From: an uncultured Collinsella sp.
Lineage (GTDB): Bacteria > Actinomycetota > Coriobacteriia > Coriobacteriales > Coriobacteriaceae
Length of the DNA stretch: 64,000 nt
Direction of reading: 5' to 3'
Assembly: GCA_959028445.1 (NCBI GenBank)
Contig: CAUFRY010000001.1
Span: 45,940 to 109,939, forward strand
The notes beneath the pieces were generated by a model. The model ran no database searches and was not told where the DNA came from. It saw nothing but the letters and a program-made list of their open reading frames with translations. Positions 19,423 to 30,037 of the stretch are shown here, one piece after another; the stretch's first letter is position 1, and each line of letters begins with the position of its first letter. The translations under genes and the position numbers were made by a program.

Positions 19423-19579
19423 GGCGCAACCCCTTCTCGCGGCAACGATACCGCGCGATTAATAAACGTTGTTCGATAGTCTACCACGGACCGACCCCCG
19501 CCCGCCCCACAAGCCACATCGCACCACAAACCAGTCTTTTTGGGACGGCGCGAATCGTGGCAGACAGCCTCCCAACATG

Positions 19580-20884
19580 CTAATGGCGGGCGCGCATCTT
19601 CACCAAACGCACCATGGCAAGCGCAAAGCCCACGGCGGCCACAGCCATGAGTACGTAGAACACCGAGCGAAAGCCGAATAGGAATACGTCCGGACGACCT
19701 GTAACAAAACTGGTCACGGCCTCGCCCATTGCCACGCTCATCTGCCCATACAGGATATGCGACGCCGCCGTAATGCCGAGCGCCATGCCGGCGTAGCGTG
19801 CCAAACTACCCAGGCTGCCCGCAAAGCCGAGCGCTTCGCGCGGAGCCGAGCCCATATACAGCGAGTTGTTGGGGCTCTGGAAAATCGACGTACCGCACGA
19901 CATAAACGCGGCACAGCACACAATCACAGGGATGGAAGAGTGCTCGTCGAGCGTACTTACCGCAAAGAGCCCGCACACGTACACGCCCAGGCCGACCGCC
20001 GTGGGACCCTCGCAGCCAACACGGTCCGAAACCGCACCCGAAAGCGGGCCGATAAAGGCATTCACCATCGGCAGCGCCAAAAACAGCAATCCGGAAATGT
20101 CGGAACCAAAGCCGTGGGCGTCCTGAAAATAGAACGGCAGGATAAACTCGGATGCGCCAATACCAACGAACACGATGAGCATGCAGGCAAGATTGATGGT
20201 GAAGGCCGAATTTGCAAAGCAGCGACGCGCGGCCTCCGCCAGCGACATGGGGCGCTCGCCGGCCTCCGGCTTTACATGCGGCAGCGTGTAGAGCCCCACG
20301 ATAAACGAGATGACGCCAATGGGCAGGTTGATGAGGAAGATGCTCTCCCAAGGAAAGCTTGCCACCAGCATGCCGCCGAGCACGGGGCCACACATCATGC
20401 CGAGGGCCACAAAGGTCGCGAGAATACCCATAGCACGGCCTCGTTCGCGCGCCGGAAACGACTCGGTGATGATACCCATGTTGTTAGCCATGGCCGCCGC
20501 GCAACCGACACCCTGAACAATGCGTGCCAGGATAAGAACCTCGAGCGAGGCCGAAAGGCCGCACAGCAGCGAACCGACCGAAAAGACGATGACACCCAGC
20601 TGGAACACATTCACCTTGCCGCGCACGTCACCCAGACGGCCAAACGGCAACATAGCCACGCATGTCGCAAGCAGGTACACCGAGCTCACCAGCTGAATGC
20701 GATCGAGGCCCACGCCCAGCTCCTTTTGCATCACGGGCAGCGCCACGGTCACGACGGTCGAATCCAAACACACCATAAACGTCATGATGAGCACGGTAAA
20801 TAGAATCGCCCATTTGTTCTTGCCATGGGTGTCGCCCTCTAGGGCAATATGCTCGCGGCGCAGCTGCTCTGCAGTTTTCTCCAT
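19580..20884 (-). CDS. MFS transporter (DHA2/EmrB-like)
   Basis: LDSTVVTVALP, GRLGDVRG and WESIFLINLPIG motifs. Confidence 0.85.
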   Translation of the reverse strand: MEKTAEQLRREHIALEGDTHGKNKWAILFTVLIMTFMVCLDSTVVTVALPVMQKELGVGLDRIQLVSSVYLLATCVAMLPFGRLGDVRGKVNVFQLGVIVFSVGSLLCGLSASLEVLILARIVQGVGCAAAMANNMGIITESFPARERGRAMGILATFVALGMMCGPVLGGMLVASFPWESIFLINLPIGVISFIVGLYTLPHVKPEAGERPMSLAEAARRCFANSAFTINLACMLIVFVGIGASEFILPFYFQDAHGFGSDISGLLFLALPMVNAFIGPLSGAVSDRVGCEGPTAVGLGVYVCGLFAVSTLDEHSSIPVIVCCAAFMSCGTSIFQSPNNSLYMGSAPREALGFAGSLGSLARYAGMALGITAASHILYGQMSVAMGEAVTSFVTGRPDVFLFGFRSVFYVLMAVAAVGFALAMVRLVKMRARH

Positions 20885-20910
20885 ATCCATCCTTTCAAGT
20901 GGCGCAATGC

Positions 20911-20956
20911 AAAAAAGGGGCCCCAATCGCCTGTAAACAGTCGCAATTGGGGTCCC
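20911..20956 (-). terminator. Intrinsic terminator after metY
   Basis: GGGACCCCAATTG..GATTGGGGCCCC stem plus TTTTTTT on the minus strand. Confidence 0.65.
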
Positions 20957-21025
20957 GCCTACGGAATCGGAACGAAAGGCCACCGAAGCTTTCTGCCAGC
21001 ATCGGCGCCTTGTGCGAACGCTAGC

Positions 21026-22309
21026 CTAGCACTGCTCGAGCGCCTGCTCAAGGTCGGCAATCAGATCGGCCGTGTCCTCGAGGCCGCACGACAGGCGCAC
21101 CATGTCGGCGGAGATACCGCAGGCGATGAGCTCCTCATCGTTCATCTGGCGATGCGTGGCATTAGCGGGATGCAGGCAGCAAGTACGGGCGTCGGCCACG
21201 TGCGTGGCGATCTGGGCGAGCTTGAGGCTCTTCATAAAGGTCTCGGCCGCCGCGCGACCACCATTAAAGCCAAAGCTCACAACGCCGCAGGTACCGTTTG
21301 GCATGTACTTCTGAGCGAGGTCATAGTACTTGTCGCCCTCCAGGCCCGGATAGCTCACGAAGCGCACCTTGGGATGGCTCTGCAGGAACTTGGCAACGGC
21401 CAGGCCGTTCTCGCAATGACGCGGCATGCGCACATGCAGGCTCTCGAGCGAGCTGTTCAAGAAGAACGCCGCCTGCGGGTTCTGCATGGGGCCAAGATCG
21501 CGCATGAGCTGCGCGGTGGCCTTGGTAATGAAGGCGCCCTCGCGACCGAACTTCTCGGCATAGGTCACGCCATGGTAGCTCTCGTCAGGCGTGGTGAGAC
21601 CCGGGAACTTGTCCGCATGGGCCATCCAGTCAAACTGGCCGTGGTCGACGATCACGCCGCCCAGGTAGGCAGCATGTCCATCCATGTACTTGGTGGTGGA
21701 GTGCGTAACGATGTCGGCGCCCCACTCAAAGGGACGGCACATCACGGGCGTCGGGAAGGTGTTGTCGACCATCAGCGGCACGCCGTGGTCATGTGCGGCC
21801 TTGGCAAAGCGCTCAATATCGAGCACGGCAAGGGCGGGATTTGCGATCGTCTCGCCAAAGACGAGCTTTGTGTTGGGCTGAAAGGCAGCCTCCAGCTCCT
21901 CATCGGTGCAGTCGGGAGCGACGAACGTGCAGGTCACGCCCATGCGGCCCATGGTGTGGGCGAGCAGGTTATACGTACCGCCGTAAATGGCAGAGCTTGC
22001 GACCACGTGATCGCCGGCACCGGCAACGTTAAAGATCGCGAGGAAGTTCGCAGCCATGCCCGAACTCGTGAGCATCGCTGCGGTGCCGCCCTCCATCTCG
22101 CAGATCTTGGCGGCAACCAAATCGCACGTGGGGTTCTGCAGACGGCTGTAGAAGTAGCCAGACTCCTCCAGGTCAAACAGCTTGCCCATGTGCTCCGACG
22201 TGTCGTACTTCCACGTGGTGGACTGGTAGATAGGCACCTGGCGCGGCTCGGCATCTCCCGGGTGATAGCCGCCCTGAACACATGTAGTACCGATGGTCTG
22301 CTCGCTCAT
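21026..22309 (-). CDS. metY: O-acetylhomoserine aminocarboxypropyltransferase / cysteine synthase
   Basis: PIYQST, YSRLQNPT, ETIANP, HSTTKYMDGH and HVADART motifs. Confidence 0.9.
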   Translation of the reverse strand: MSEQTIGTTCVQGGYHPGDAEPRQVPIYQSTTWKYDTSEHMGKLFDLEESGYFYSRLQNPTCDLVAAKICEMEGGTAAMLTSSGMAANFLAIFNVAGAGDHVVASSAIYGGTYNLLAHTMGRMGVTCTFVAPDCTDEELEAAFQPNTKLVFGETIANPALAVLDIERFAKAAHDHGVPLMVDNTFPTPVMCRPFEWGADIVTHSTTKYMDGHAAYLGGVIVDHGQFDWMAHADKFPGLTTPDESYHGVTYAEKFGREGAFITKATAQLMRDLGPMQNPQAAFFLNSSLESLHVRMPRHCENGLAVAKFLQSHPKVRFVSYPGLEGDKYYDLAQKYMPNGTCGVVSFGFNGGRAAAETFMKSLKLAQIATHVADARTCCLHPANATHRQMNDEELIACGISADMVRLSCGLEDTADLIADLEQALEQC

Positions 22310-22539
22310 ATCTAGCTCCCTTGCCTGGGTTACGTTTTATTCGGTTCACGATACCGCTACCCTGTACCCCTCTCAACCCATCCCCAAGGTAGGTTAAGGG
22401 ACAAATTGATCAGGGGTATTTATCTCAAGCCTTGGGCATTTGCTCGATAGATAAAAATGAGGCATACATGAAGCTCTCGATGATTACATGCCCCGTCACG
22501 GGTACCATAGGCGGGTACACCGTGACCAAGGAGACAACG

Positions 22540-22986
22540 ATGAAGCAAATCGATACGGCCCAGCTCGACATCACCGCCTGTCAGGTTCAAGCTGCCGAAT
22601 ATCACGCCCGTGGCTTCAACTGCGCACAGGCCGTCGCCTGCACGCTCGCGCCCGCCGTCGGGCTCGACCCCCAGACCGCCTTTACCCTCACCGAGGGCTT
22701 TGGCGCCGGCATGGGTGGCATGACCGAGACCTGCGGCGCCATCTCGGGCGCCGTGGCCATCATGGGCTTCGTGATGAGCGACGGCATGGAAAACCCCAAG
22801 ACTAAGGGCCAGACCTACAAGCTGTCGCGCGAAATCGCCAAGCGTTTTGGCGAGAAGAACACGACGACCATCTGCGGCACGCTCAAAGGCATCGGATCGG
22901 ACAAGGGTCCGCTCCGCAGCTGTCCCGGCTGCATCGACGATGCCGTCGAGATCGCCTGCGATGTGCTAAAGCAGCTCGCCGAGTAA
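22540..22986 (+). CDS. C-GCAxxG-C-C family redox protein
   Basis: FNCAQAV, GFGAGMG, TCGAISG and later Cys residues. RBS AAGGAG. Confidence 0.82.
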   Translation: MKQIDTAQLDITACQVQAAEYHARGFNCAQAVACTLAPAVGLDPQTAFTLTEGFGAGMGGMTETCGAISGAVAIMGFVMSDGMENPKTKGQTYKLSREIAKRFGEKNTTTICGTLKGIGSDKGPLRSCPGCIDDAVEIACDVLKQLAE

Positions 22987-23054
22987 ACGGCAGCAACAGA
23001 AAAACGACGGCCGTCGCGCTTGGAATCCATCCAAAAGCACGCCGGCCGTCGTCG

Positions 23055-23693
23055 TTAGAACTCGGCAAACTCGGGAGCACCGACCTCAATCTCCTCGCGC
23101 CCCGCCATAAGCTCGCGCATCTTAGCGCAAAATGGCTCCTGCTCCCCCGCCTTAAACACCAAATGAAGTGTCACGGCATCCGCGTAATCGGTATCCGAAA
23201 CCTTGGCACCCGAATCCTGCGCCAAACGAAGTACCTGCTCGTACTGCGGATAGGCCACATGCACGTCAACCGGCACGACGCTTGTCATCTCAACGATCTG
23301 CCCGGCCTCCTGAGCCGCGGCCACCGCTGCCTGCGTCGCCGCGGTATAGGCGCGTACCAAGCCACCAGGCCCCAACAGCGTGCCACCAAAATAGCGCGTC
23401 ACTACGCAGCAAACATTTTTGAGCTCCGCGCCGCGCAACACCTCGAGCGTCGGCATACCGCTTGTGCGGCTCGGCTCACCATCATCGCTCTGGCGTTCGC
23501 GTCCATCGACCAAAATCCACGCGGGAACATTGTGCCGAGCGTTGTAATGACGCTTGCGAACCATCTCGATAAAGGCATTCGCCTCATCCTCGGACTCAAT
23601 ATGGACCAGCTGGGCAATAAACCGGCTCTTGCGGTCCACAAACTCGCCCGAAGCCTCAATATTCGATTGCAGAGTAAAATAGCTGTCCAACAA
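23055..23693 (-). CDS. yigZ: YigZ/IMPACT family protein
   Basis: KSRFIA, ARHN, SDDGEP and VTRYFGGTLLGPGGLVRAY motifs. Confidence 0.9.
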   Translation of the reverse strand: MLDSYFTLQSNIEASGEFVDRKSRFIAQLVHIESEDEANAFIEMVRKRHYNARHNVPAWILVDGRERQSDDGEPSRTSGMPTLEVLRGAELKNVCCVVTRYFGGTLLGPGGLVRAYTAATQAAVAAAQEAGQIVEMTSVVPVDVHVAYPQYEQVLRLAQDSGAKVSDTDYADAVTLHLVFKAGEQEPFCAKMRELMAGREEIEVGAPEFAEF

Positions 23694-23802
23694 AGCCCCT
23701 CAACAAAACTAAGCGCTGCAACAAACAGCCTCAATCATACGGCAAAGACAGCACCGTTGACCTCGCCAACAAGAACGGAAACGCCAATGATACCGTCACC
23801 AA

Positions 23803-23918
23803 CAGCGAGAACCCGTCAGCGCGAGCAAGGTGCCTTGAAAGACAAGGGCATTGACCTTATGGTCATGCCCGAAGGCTTGAAAGGCAGATTGCCGCGCTGA
23901 CGGGTTCGCAGCGTCAAC
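23803..23918. repeat. Structured ~115-nt repeat, family B, copy 1
   Basis: Aligns with 26894-27008. Nested stems. Confidence 0.8.
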
Positions 23919-23922
23919 AAAG

Positions 23923-24286
23923 TGCTGAGTGGGCCGATAAGCCGGGTTCTGTCGTGAACGGTCATTTATCTTGTCTGCACGTTACCGTGCAGCTCCACGC
24001 ACGCTACCCGAACGCGGACCGGGCCGGCCCATAGCGTTCCTATTCGCGCTTGCTCCGGATGGGGCTTGCCAAGCCGCCGTGTTGCCACGACGCTGGTGGT
24101 CTCTTACACCACCGTTTCAGCTTTTCCCTTTACGCCTTGCGGCGCAGGTGGGAGTCTTCTTTTCTGCGGCGCTTTCCGTCGGATCACTCCGCCCGGCCGT
24201 TAGCCGGCATCCCGCCCTCTGGAGCCCGGACTTTCCTCACGCGTGCTGCAAGCAGCACATCGCGCGACCGTCTGGCCCACTCAGCA
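23923..24286 (-). ncRNA. rnpB: RNase P RNA (class A)
   Basis: Reverse complement has GAGGAAAGTCCGGGCTCC and ACAGAACCCGGCTTA. Ends pair as P1 (GCTGAGTGGGCC/GGCCCACTCAGC). Confidence 0.97.
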
Positions 24287-24547
24287 GTGCAAGAGTGTAA
24301 CACACCGTTGCCGCAGGCAATGGCACAACGCAAACGCTCGACACGATAAACCAAGAACCGCCATGCGTTACAATGGTCCTGTCGATGGGCAACGTCGTCA
24401 GTCGAGACGCGACCGCGCTCCGCACCCCTCCGTCTACTCGGTGTGTTCCCGCCTCCTCCCCGAGGCGGGATGTCGGCATTTTTCATGCACCGACAACCAA
24501 ATAGCCTGCAGACAGCATGGGCAGCATCGCGCGCCTCAGCAGCAAAT

Positions 24548-24585
24548 GCAAAAAGGGACCCGTCCTTTGCGGACGGATCCCTTAA
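24548..24585 (-). terminator. rpsA terminator
   Basis: AAGGGATCCGTCC..GGACGGGTCCCTTTTT on the minus strand. Confidence 0.7.
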
Positions 24586-24607
24586 AACAAGTGATCGTCA
24601 AACCGAT

Positions 24608-25774
24608 TTACTCGGCGTCGGTCTCCTCGTCCTTCTTCTCGGAAGGAAGCGGGGTAACCTCGATCTCGACGCCCAGAGTCTCAGCAGCAGACTTCATGGA
24701 CAGGGAGATGCGACGACGGTCGAGGTCGATCTCCATGACCTTGACCTGAACCTTGTCGCCCACGTGGGTGACCTGAGAAGGCTGGTCAACGTGCTTGTTG
24801 GCCATCTCGGAGATGTGCACCAGGCCCTCGATGCCCTCGCCCAGGTCGACGAAAGCGCCGAACGGAACAAGCTTGGTCACAGTGCCCTCGACGATAGCGC
24901 CGACGGGGTACTTCTTGACCAGCGCGCGCCACGGATCCTCGGTGGTCTGCTTGAGACCCAGGGAGATGCGCTCGCGGTTGAGATCGACGTCGAGAACCTC
25001 GACCTCGACCTCCTGGCCGACCTTGACAACCTCGGAAGGATGGTTGACGTGGTTCCAGGAGAGCTCGGAGATGTGGATGAGGCCGTCAATGCCGCCGAGG
25101 TCGACGAAGGCGCCGAAGTCGACGATGGAGGAAACGGTGCCCTGGAGACGCATGCCAGACTTGAGCTTGGACAGGATCTCGGAGCGCTCGGCCTTACGGG
25201 ACTCCTCGAGCACGACGCGACGGGAGAGGACGACGTTGTTGCGGTTGCGGTCCATCTCGATGACGCGGGCCTCGATGCGAGTGCCCATGTAGGAGGTGAG
25301 GTCCTTGACACGACGGAGGTCGACGAGAGAAGCGGGCAGGAAGCCACGCAGGCCGATGTCGAGGATCAGGCCGCCCTTGACAACCTCGATAACCTCGCCC
25401 TCGACGTTCTCGCCGGAGTTGAACTTCTCCTCGATGCGGTTCCAAGCACGCTCGTACTCGGCACGCTTCTTGGACAGGACCAGACGACCGTCCTTGTCCT
25501 CCTTCTGGAGAACCAGAGCCTCGATGGGATCACCGAGTGCAACGATGTCTGCAGGGTTAGCGTCCTTGCGGATGGACAGCTCGCGGACCGGGATAACGCC
25601 CTCGGACTTGAATCCGATGTCAACGAGCACCTCGTCATGCTCGATCTTAACGACAGTGCCGTTAACGAGATCGCCCTCATCAAAGTCGGTAATCGTACCG
25701 TCGATGAGGTTGTTCATCTCCTCCTCGTTGACATCGTCAAGAGAGAAAATGGACGAGTTCTGAATCTCACTCAA
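24608..25774 (-). CDS. rpsA: 30S ribosomal protein S1
   Basis: Four S1 repeats (DIGFKSEG, GFLPAS, FGAFVDLGG..GLIHISELSW). Confidence 0.97.
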   Translation of the reverse strand: MSEIQNSSIFSLDDVNEEEMNNLIDGTITDFDEGDLVNGTVVKIEHDEVLVDIGFKSEGVIPVRELSIRKDANPADIVALGDPIEALVLQKEDKDGRLVLSKKRAEYERAWNRIEEKFNSGENVEGEVIEVVKGGLILDIGLRGFLPASLVDLRRVKDLTSYMGTRIEARVIEMDRNRNNVVLSRRVVLEESRKAERSEILSKLKSGMRLQGTVSSIVDFGAFVDLGGIDGLIHISELSWNHVNHPSEVVKVGQEVEVEVLDVDLNRERISLGLKQTTEDPWRALVKKYPVGAIVEGTVTKLVPFGAFVDLGEGIEGLVHISEMANKHVDQPSQVTHVGDKVQVKVMEIDLDRRRISLSMKSAAETLGVEIEVTPLPSEKKDEETDAE

Positions 25775-26089
25775 AGGTGGACCCCTTTCGAACTACGGGG
25801 CCCCGATTGCTAGGACCTACAGAAGGGTGCGACAAGCACACAACGTTTAGGAACACTCGGGAGCCGACAGATACTAATGTGACGCTTATGCAATCACGTT
25901 CGTATAGGTTACGGGGAAATGAGTTCGATTTCAAGCGTGAACTGCGATTTTTTACTCGTGTGGAGACTTTTTCGTAATCTTATGAACACACGTCTCCGCA
26001 ACTTGACGATAACCAGCCAGGCATTCGGCTTTGGGGTAAAGTATCCGGAGCCAACGACTCTAGATCAAATTTACGAGAAAGGTGCCCGC

Positions 26090-26848
26090 GTGCTCAAAGC
26101 AGTCGTTTTCGATATGGACGAGACGCTTCTTAGCATCAACCTCAACGCGTTCATCCTTCGCTATTTTAAGGATGTCTCATCGATGCTCGCGGATATCGGG
26201 CACCGCAGCCGCGGTGGCACGATGGCGCGCCTCGGCACCATCCTGGTCGACCTCAACGCCAATCGCCGCAGCGGCACGGACAACCGCACCAATCTTGAGT
26301 TTTACCAAGAAGAGGTCGAGCGCCGATGCGGGATCTGCCTCTCCGATCCCCTCATCTACGAGGCGTTTACCTACTATGACCGCGAAGTTCTTCCGTACAA
26401 GAACGACGATGTCATTAACGCCCACGCCATGCCGGGCGCACACGCCGCGCTCCAGGCCGTACAGGACGCAGGGCTGCGCTGCGCGCTCTTTACCAACCCC
26501 AGCTTTCCCCAGGGCGCCATCGAGTGCCGCATGGGTTGGGGCGACCTGGCCGACGCTCCCTTTGAGCTCGTCACGCACATGGGAAACACCACCCGCTGCA
26601 AGCCCGATGCCACCTACTATCTAGAGCAGCTTCAGGTGATGGGGCTCGAGCCGCACGAGGTCCTTATGGTTGGCAACGATCCCAAACGCGACTTTCCGTC
26701 CCCCGATTGCGGCATCCAAACCGCCTTTGTGGGCCAGGGCAAGCCCAGCCGAGCCACCTGGCGCGGAACCATGGAAGACTTCGCCCGCGACTTTAACGCC
26801 GTAGTAGAAGCCTTCTACGAACACCAAGTAGCCGACGAACTGTCGTAG
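26090..26848 (+). CDS. HAD-family hydrolase
   Basis: VVFDMDETL, KPD and LMVGND motifs. GTG start after GAAAGG. Confidence 0.85.
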   Translation: MLKAVVFDMDETLLSINLNAFILRYFKDVSSMLADIGHRSRGGTMARLGTILVDLNANRRSGTDNRTNLEFYQEEVERRCGICLSDPLIYEAFTYYDREVLPYKNDDVINAHAMPGAHAALQAVQDAGLRCALFTNPSFPQGAIECRMGWGDLADAPFELVTHMGNTTRCKPDATYYLEQLQVMGLEPHEVLMVGNDPKRDFPSPDCGIQTAFVGQGKPSRATWRGTMEDFARDFNAVVEAFYEHQVADELS

Positions 26849-26893
26849 GACCCCTTGCTCCAAACCAAATATCGCCGCAGGTTGAGCACAAGT

Positions 26894-27008
26894 CAGCGAA
26901 AATGCCCCTAAGCGAGCAATGTGCCTTGAAAGAGGAGGGCATAGGCCTTCTGGCCATGCCCGACGATTGAAAGGCAGATTGCCGCTTAGGGGCGTTTGCA
27001 GCGTCAAC
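26894..27008. repeat. Structured ~115-nt repeat, family B, copy 2
   Basis: Aligns with 23803-23918 with compensatory changes in the stems. Confidence 0.8.
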
Positions 27009-27037
27009 TGGTTACGCGGTTTGGTAAAACCGCGTAA

Positions 27038-28357
27038 CTAGCACACCTGGGTTTTACCGATCATGATGTTGAGGATCTCGATGTCGGTGTCCTTCATGCC
27101 CACGCGGCCTACGTAGCCCATACTGGCGATTGTTTGCTCAACGGTATCTTGGATCAGGCCCTCGCCGGCGCGGAAGCCGCGACCCTGCATGGCCATATCA
27201 TGGCCCAGAATCGCCGCATCGACGGCAGCCGAGATCTTGGCGGCACAGCTCGCCTTGGCGCCGTCGCACACGATGCCGCCCACGTTACCGAGCGTGTTCG
27301 AGACGGTCGCGCCAATCTGTTCGCGCGTGCCACCGCACAGCCAGGTAATCGCAGCGCCGGCGCCGCACGCAGCGCAAATAGCACCGCAAAACGCCGAAAG
27401 CGCACCAATATAGCTCTTGATATGCACGGCGATAAGATCGGACAGCATCACGGCGCGCACCAGGCGCTCGTGGTCGCAACGCAGGTACTCGGCATACTCC
27501 ATGACGGGCAATGCGCAGGTAATGCCCTGATTGCCCGAGCCGCACACAATGGCGACCGGCAGCGCGCAACCGTTCATGCGGGCGTCGGACCCGGCGGCCG
27601 CACGGGCACGGGCGCGGCAGGCGACGTCATCGGCACGAGCACCCAGCAGCGTACGGCCCACCTCGGCGCCCCAAGCGTGCGCGAGACCCTCGGCACTGAT
27701 CGCGCCATTCAGCTCAATCTGACGCTCAACGGCAGCGCGGGCGTCCTCAATGTCACCGTCCTCGATAAAGTCGATGATGGTCTCGATCGACATGGGCGTG
27801 TCGGCGTTATCTGCCGCACGCTCGGCCACCACGCGCTCGGCGCAGGCGGCGCACTCCCCCGCCGACTTACCGCATACCGGAATACCGTCGAGCGTATGGC
27901 ACGTGACATTAGTGTGGTGATCGGTAATCTCGACGACCGCGGTATGGCCCCCGGCCGTCGCAGTCACCTTGATGTAGAGGTTGGGCACACCCTCGACAAG
28001 CGACACATCGCAGTAGTCCGCATCGGCAAGCAGCTCGGCCACGCGGGCGCGGTCCGCGTCATCGACGCTCTCGAGCACCTCGAGCGCGCTCTTGGCGTCG
28101 CCGCCCACGGCACCCAGCACGGCCGCGGCCTCAATACCGTGCATACCGCCCGAGTTGGGCACGGTCACGCTCTTGACGTTCTTGATGATGTTGCCCGAGC
28201 AGGCAACATCCATATGATCGGGTTCGCAACCGAGCGTCTGGCTCGCCAGCGCCGCTGCATAAGCAACGGCAATGGGCTCGGTGCAGCCGAGTGCACAAAC
28301 AAGTTCGCGGTTCAAAACATCGCAAAACGCGGCATCACGAAGGGAATCGGCAGGCAT
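27038..28357 (-). CDS. L-cysteine desulfidase / serine dehydratase alpha-like (YhaM/CyuA family)
   Basis: ALGCTEPIA, NIIKN, AGSDARM, GSGNQG, LSAFCG and CDGAKASCA motifs. Confidence 0.85.
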   Translation of the reverse strand: MPADSLRDAAFCDVLNRELVCALGCTEPIAVAYAAALASQTLGCEPDHMDVACSGNIIKNVKSVTVPNSGGMHGIEAAAVLGAVGGDAKSALEVLESVDDADRARVAELLADADYCDVSLVEGVPNLYIKVTATAGGHTAVVEITDHHTNVTCHTLDGIPVCGKSAGECAACAERVVAERAADNADTPMSIETIIDFIEDGDIEDARAAVERQIELNGAISAEGLAHAWGAEVGRTLLGARADDVACRARARAAAGSDARMNGCALPVAIVCGSGNQGITCALPVMEYAEYLRCDHERLVRAVMLSDLIAVHIKSYIGALSAFCGAICAACGAGAAITWLCGGTREQIGATVSNTLGNVGGIVCDGAKASCAAKISAAVDAAILGHDMAMQGRGFRAGEGLIQDTVEQTIASMGYVGRVGMKDTDIEILNIMIGKTQVC

Positions 28358-28628
28358 AGGTATCTCCTACTTGTATAACGGGCTGGGCTCTCAATAATAA
28401 TTAGCTCTTTTATTTGATAACAATGCATCAAAAACCGCAACCCAGGTTCCGGTAGACGGCATTCAGGCGCAAACTGACGGCATTCATTCATGAGAAACCG
28501 GTCTTGTTGCATGCTAAAGCGTTTGACCAAAAAACGCCCAAGCGTTTACACAAAAGTCGCGCTATCATGCAGTCGAACGCGGTAAAACCTTTAGCAATCT
28601 CGCCGCACAGACCAGAGAGGAACTATCC

Positions 28629-29096
28629 ATGAAGATCGGTATCGGTAACGACCACGCCGCCGTCGAGCTCAAGAACATCATCTCCGAGCACCTGAAGGAG
28701 CGCGGCTGCGAGGTCGTGAACTTTGGCACCGACACCTCCGAGAGCTTTGACTACCCCATCGCCGGCTACAAGGTGGGTAAGGCCGTTGCCAACGGCGACG
28801 TCGATCTAGGCATCCTGATCTGTGGCACCGGCGTCGGTATCAGCCTGGCTGCCAACAAGGTCGAGGGCGTACGCGCCGTCGTGTGCTCCGAGCCCTTCAG
28901 CGCCAAGCTCTCCCGCATGCACAACAATACCAACGTGCTCGCTTTTGGCGCCCGCGTCGTGGGCTCCGAGCTCGCCAAGATGATCGTCGACGAGTGGCTC
29001 GACGCCGAGTTTGAGGGCGGTCGTCACGAGCGTCGCGTTAACCTCCTCAACGAGATCGATCACACGCGCGCCCTTAAGATCGTCGACGAAGCCTAA
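28629..29096 (+). CDS. rpiB: Ribose 5-phosphate isomerase B
   Basis: GNDHA, DYP, CGTGVG, HNNTN and FEGGRH motifs. Confidence 0.95.
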   Translation: MKIGIGNDHAAVELKNIISEHLKERGCEVVNFGTDTSESFDYPIAGYKVGKAVANGDVDLGILICGTGVGISLAANKVEGVRAVVCSEPFSAKLSRMHNNTNVLAFGARVVGSELAKMIVDEWLDAEFEGGRHERRVNLLNEIDHTRALKIVDEA

Positions 29097-29119
29097 ACTA
29101 TTCAGTGCCACAAGCTAAC

Positions 29120-29210
29120 AGCAGGGGCCCGCTCGGAACACATGTCCGAGCGGGCCCCTGCATAGATTTTGGAATAAAAGGGCGCCGCGGATGGAGTTCC
29201 GCGGCGCCCA
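29120..29210. terminator. Two hairpins between convergent rpiB and ndk
   Basis: GCAGGGGCCCGCTCGGA..TCCGAGCGGGCCCCTGC and GGGCGCCGCGGA..TCCGCGGCGCCC. Confidence 0.65.
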
Positions 29211-29247
29211 AGCCACACGCTAACAGCTTTAAGGAGTCAAAGCTGGT

Positions 29248-29652
29248 TTAGCCAAAGAAGCGCTTGATCTCAATCTCGGCGTTCTCCAGGCAGTCGGAGC
29301 CGTGGATCACGTTGGCGTTGACATCGACGGCAAAGTCGCCGCGGATGGTACCAGGAGCAGCCTCAAGCGGGTTGGTAGCGCCCATGAGGGTGCGCATCTT
29401 AGCAACAGCGGAGAGACCGGAAACGACCATCTTGACGACCGGACCGCTCGTCATAAAGTCGCAGAGACCGCCAAAGAAGGGCTTGTCGGCCAGATGGGCG
29501 TAGTGCTCCTCGACGGTAGCGCGCTCGAGCGTGGTCATCTCCATGCGCTCGATGACAAGGCCGCTGCGCTCAATGCGAGCAACGATCTCGCCGATCTTGC
29601 GGTCGCGCACGGCGTCGGGCTTAATCATGATGAAGGTCTTCTCGATAGCCAT
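29248..29652 (-). CDS. ndk: Nucleoside diphosphate kinase
   Basis: TFIMIKPDAV, PGTIRGDF and NVIHGSD motifs. Confidence 0.96.
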   Translation of the reverse strand: MAIEKTFIMIKPDAVRDRKIGEIVARIERSGLVIERMEMTTLERATVEEHYAHLADKPFFGGLCDFMTSGPVVKMVVSGLSAVAKMRTLMGATNPLEAAPGTIRGDFAVDVNANVIHGSDCLENAEIEIKRFFG

Positions 29653-30037
29653 AAAAGTAGCCTTTCAAGTAGGTTCGCGCGTGCCCAAGTCCCATTCCGG
29701 CACCCGCCTGGACTGCATCGTAACAGAGTTTTAGCTGCAGTTAAACAAAAAGCTGTTTATTGAAACGTTGCAATTTATTAAAGCGCTCCATATGTGTCAC
29801 TTCTGTTTCGAAGCCCGCTTAGAGTACCATCCGACCGCCCATCAACCGCGCCGAACAGAGCAGGCGGTCGGTTGCCGCCCGCGAACGTATCCCCTTCACA
29901 ACCTGCCCAAAGGTCCTACAGAAGTTCTCGACAAGCCCCTCCCCCATAGCAACAAAATACGGGCTCCCACATCAGCAGGCGCCCGTAAAGCGAAAACGAT
30001 TTATCAATACATGGCCAAAACGGCTTCAGCCAAACCT

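Noticed and set aside
22310..22440. SAM riboswitch or T-box upstream of metY
   Set aside because: No recognisable consensus elements.
22540..22986. Selenocysteine in the C-GCAxxG-C-C protein
   Set aside because: The reading frame has no internal TGA and the motif positions are Cys.
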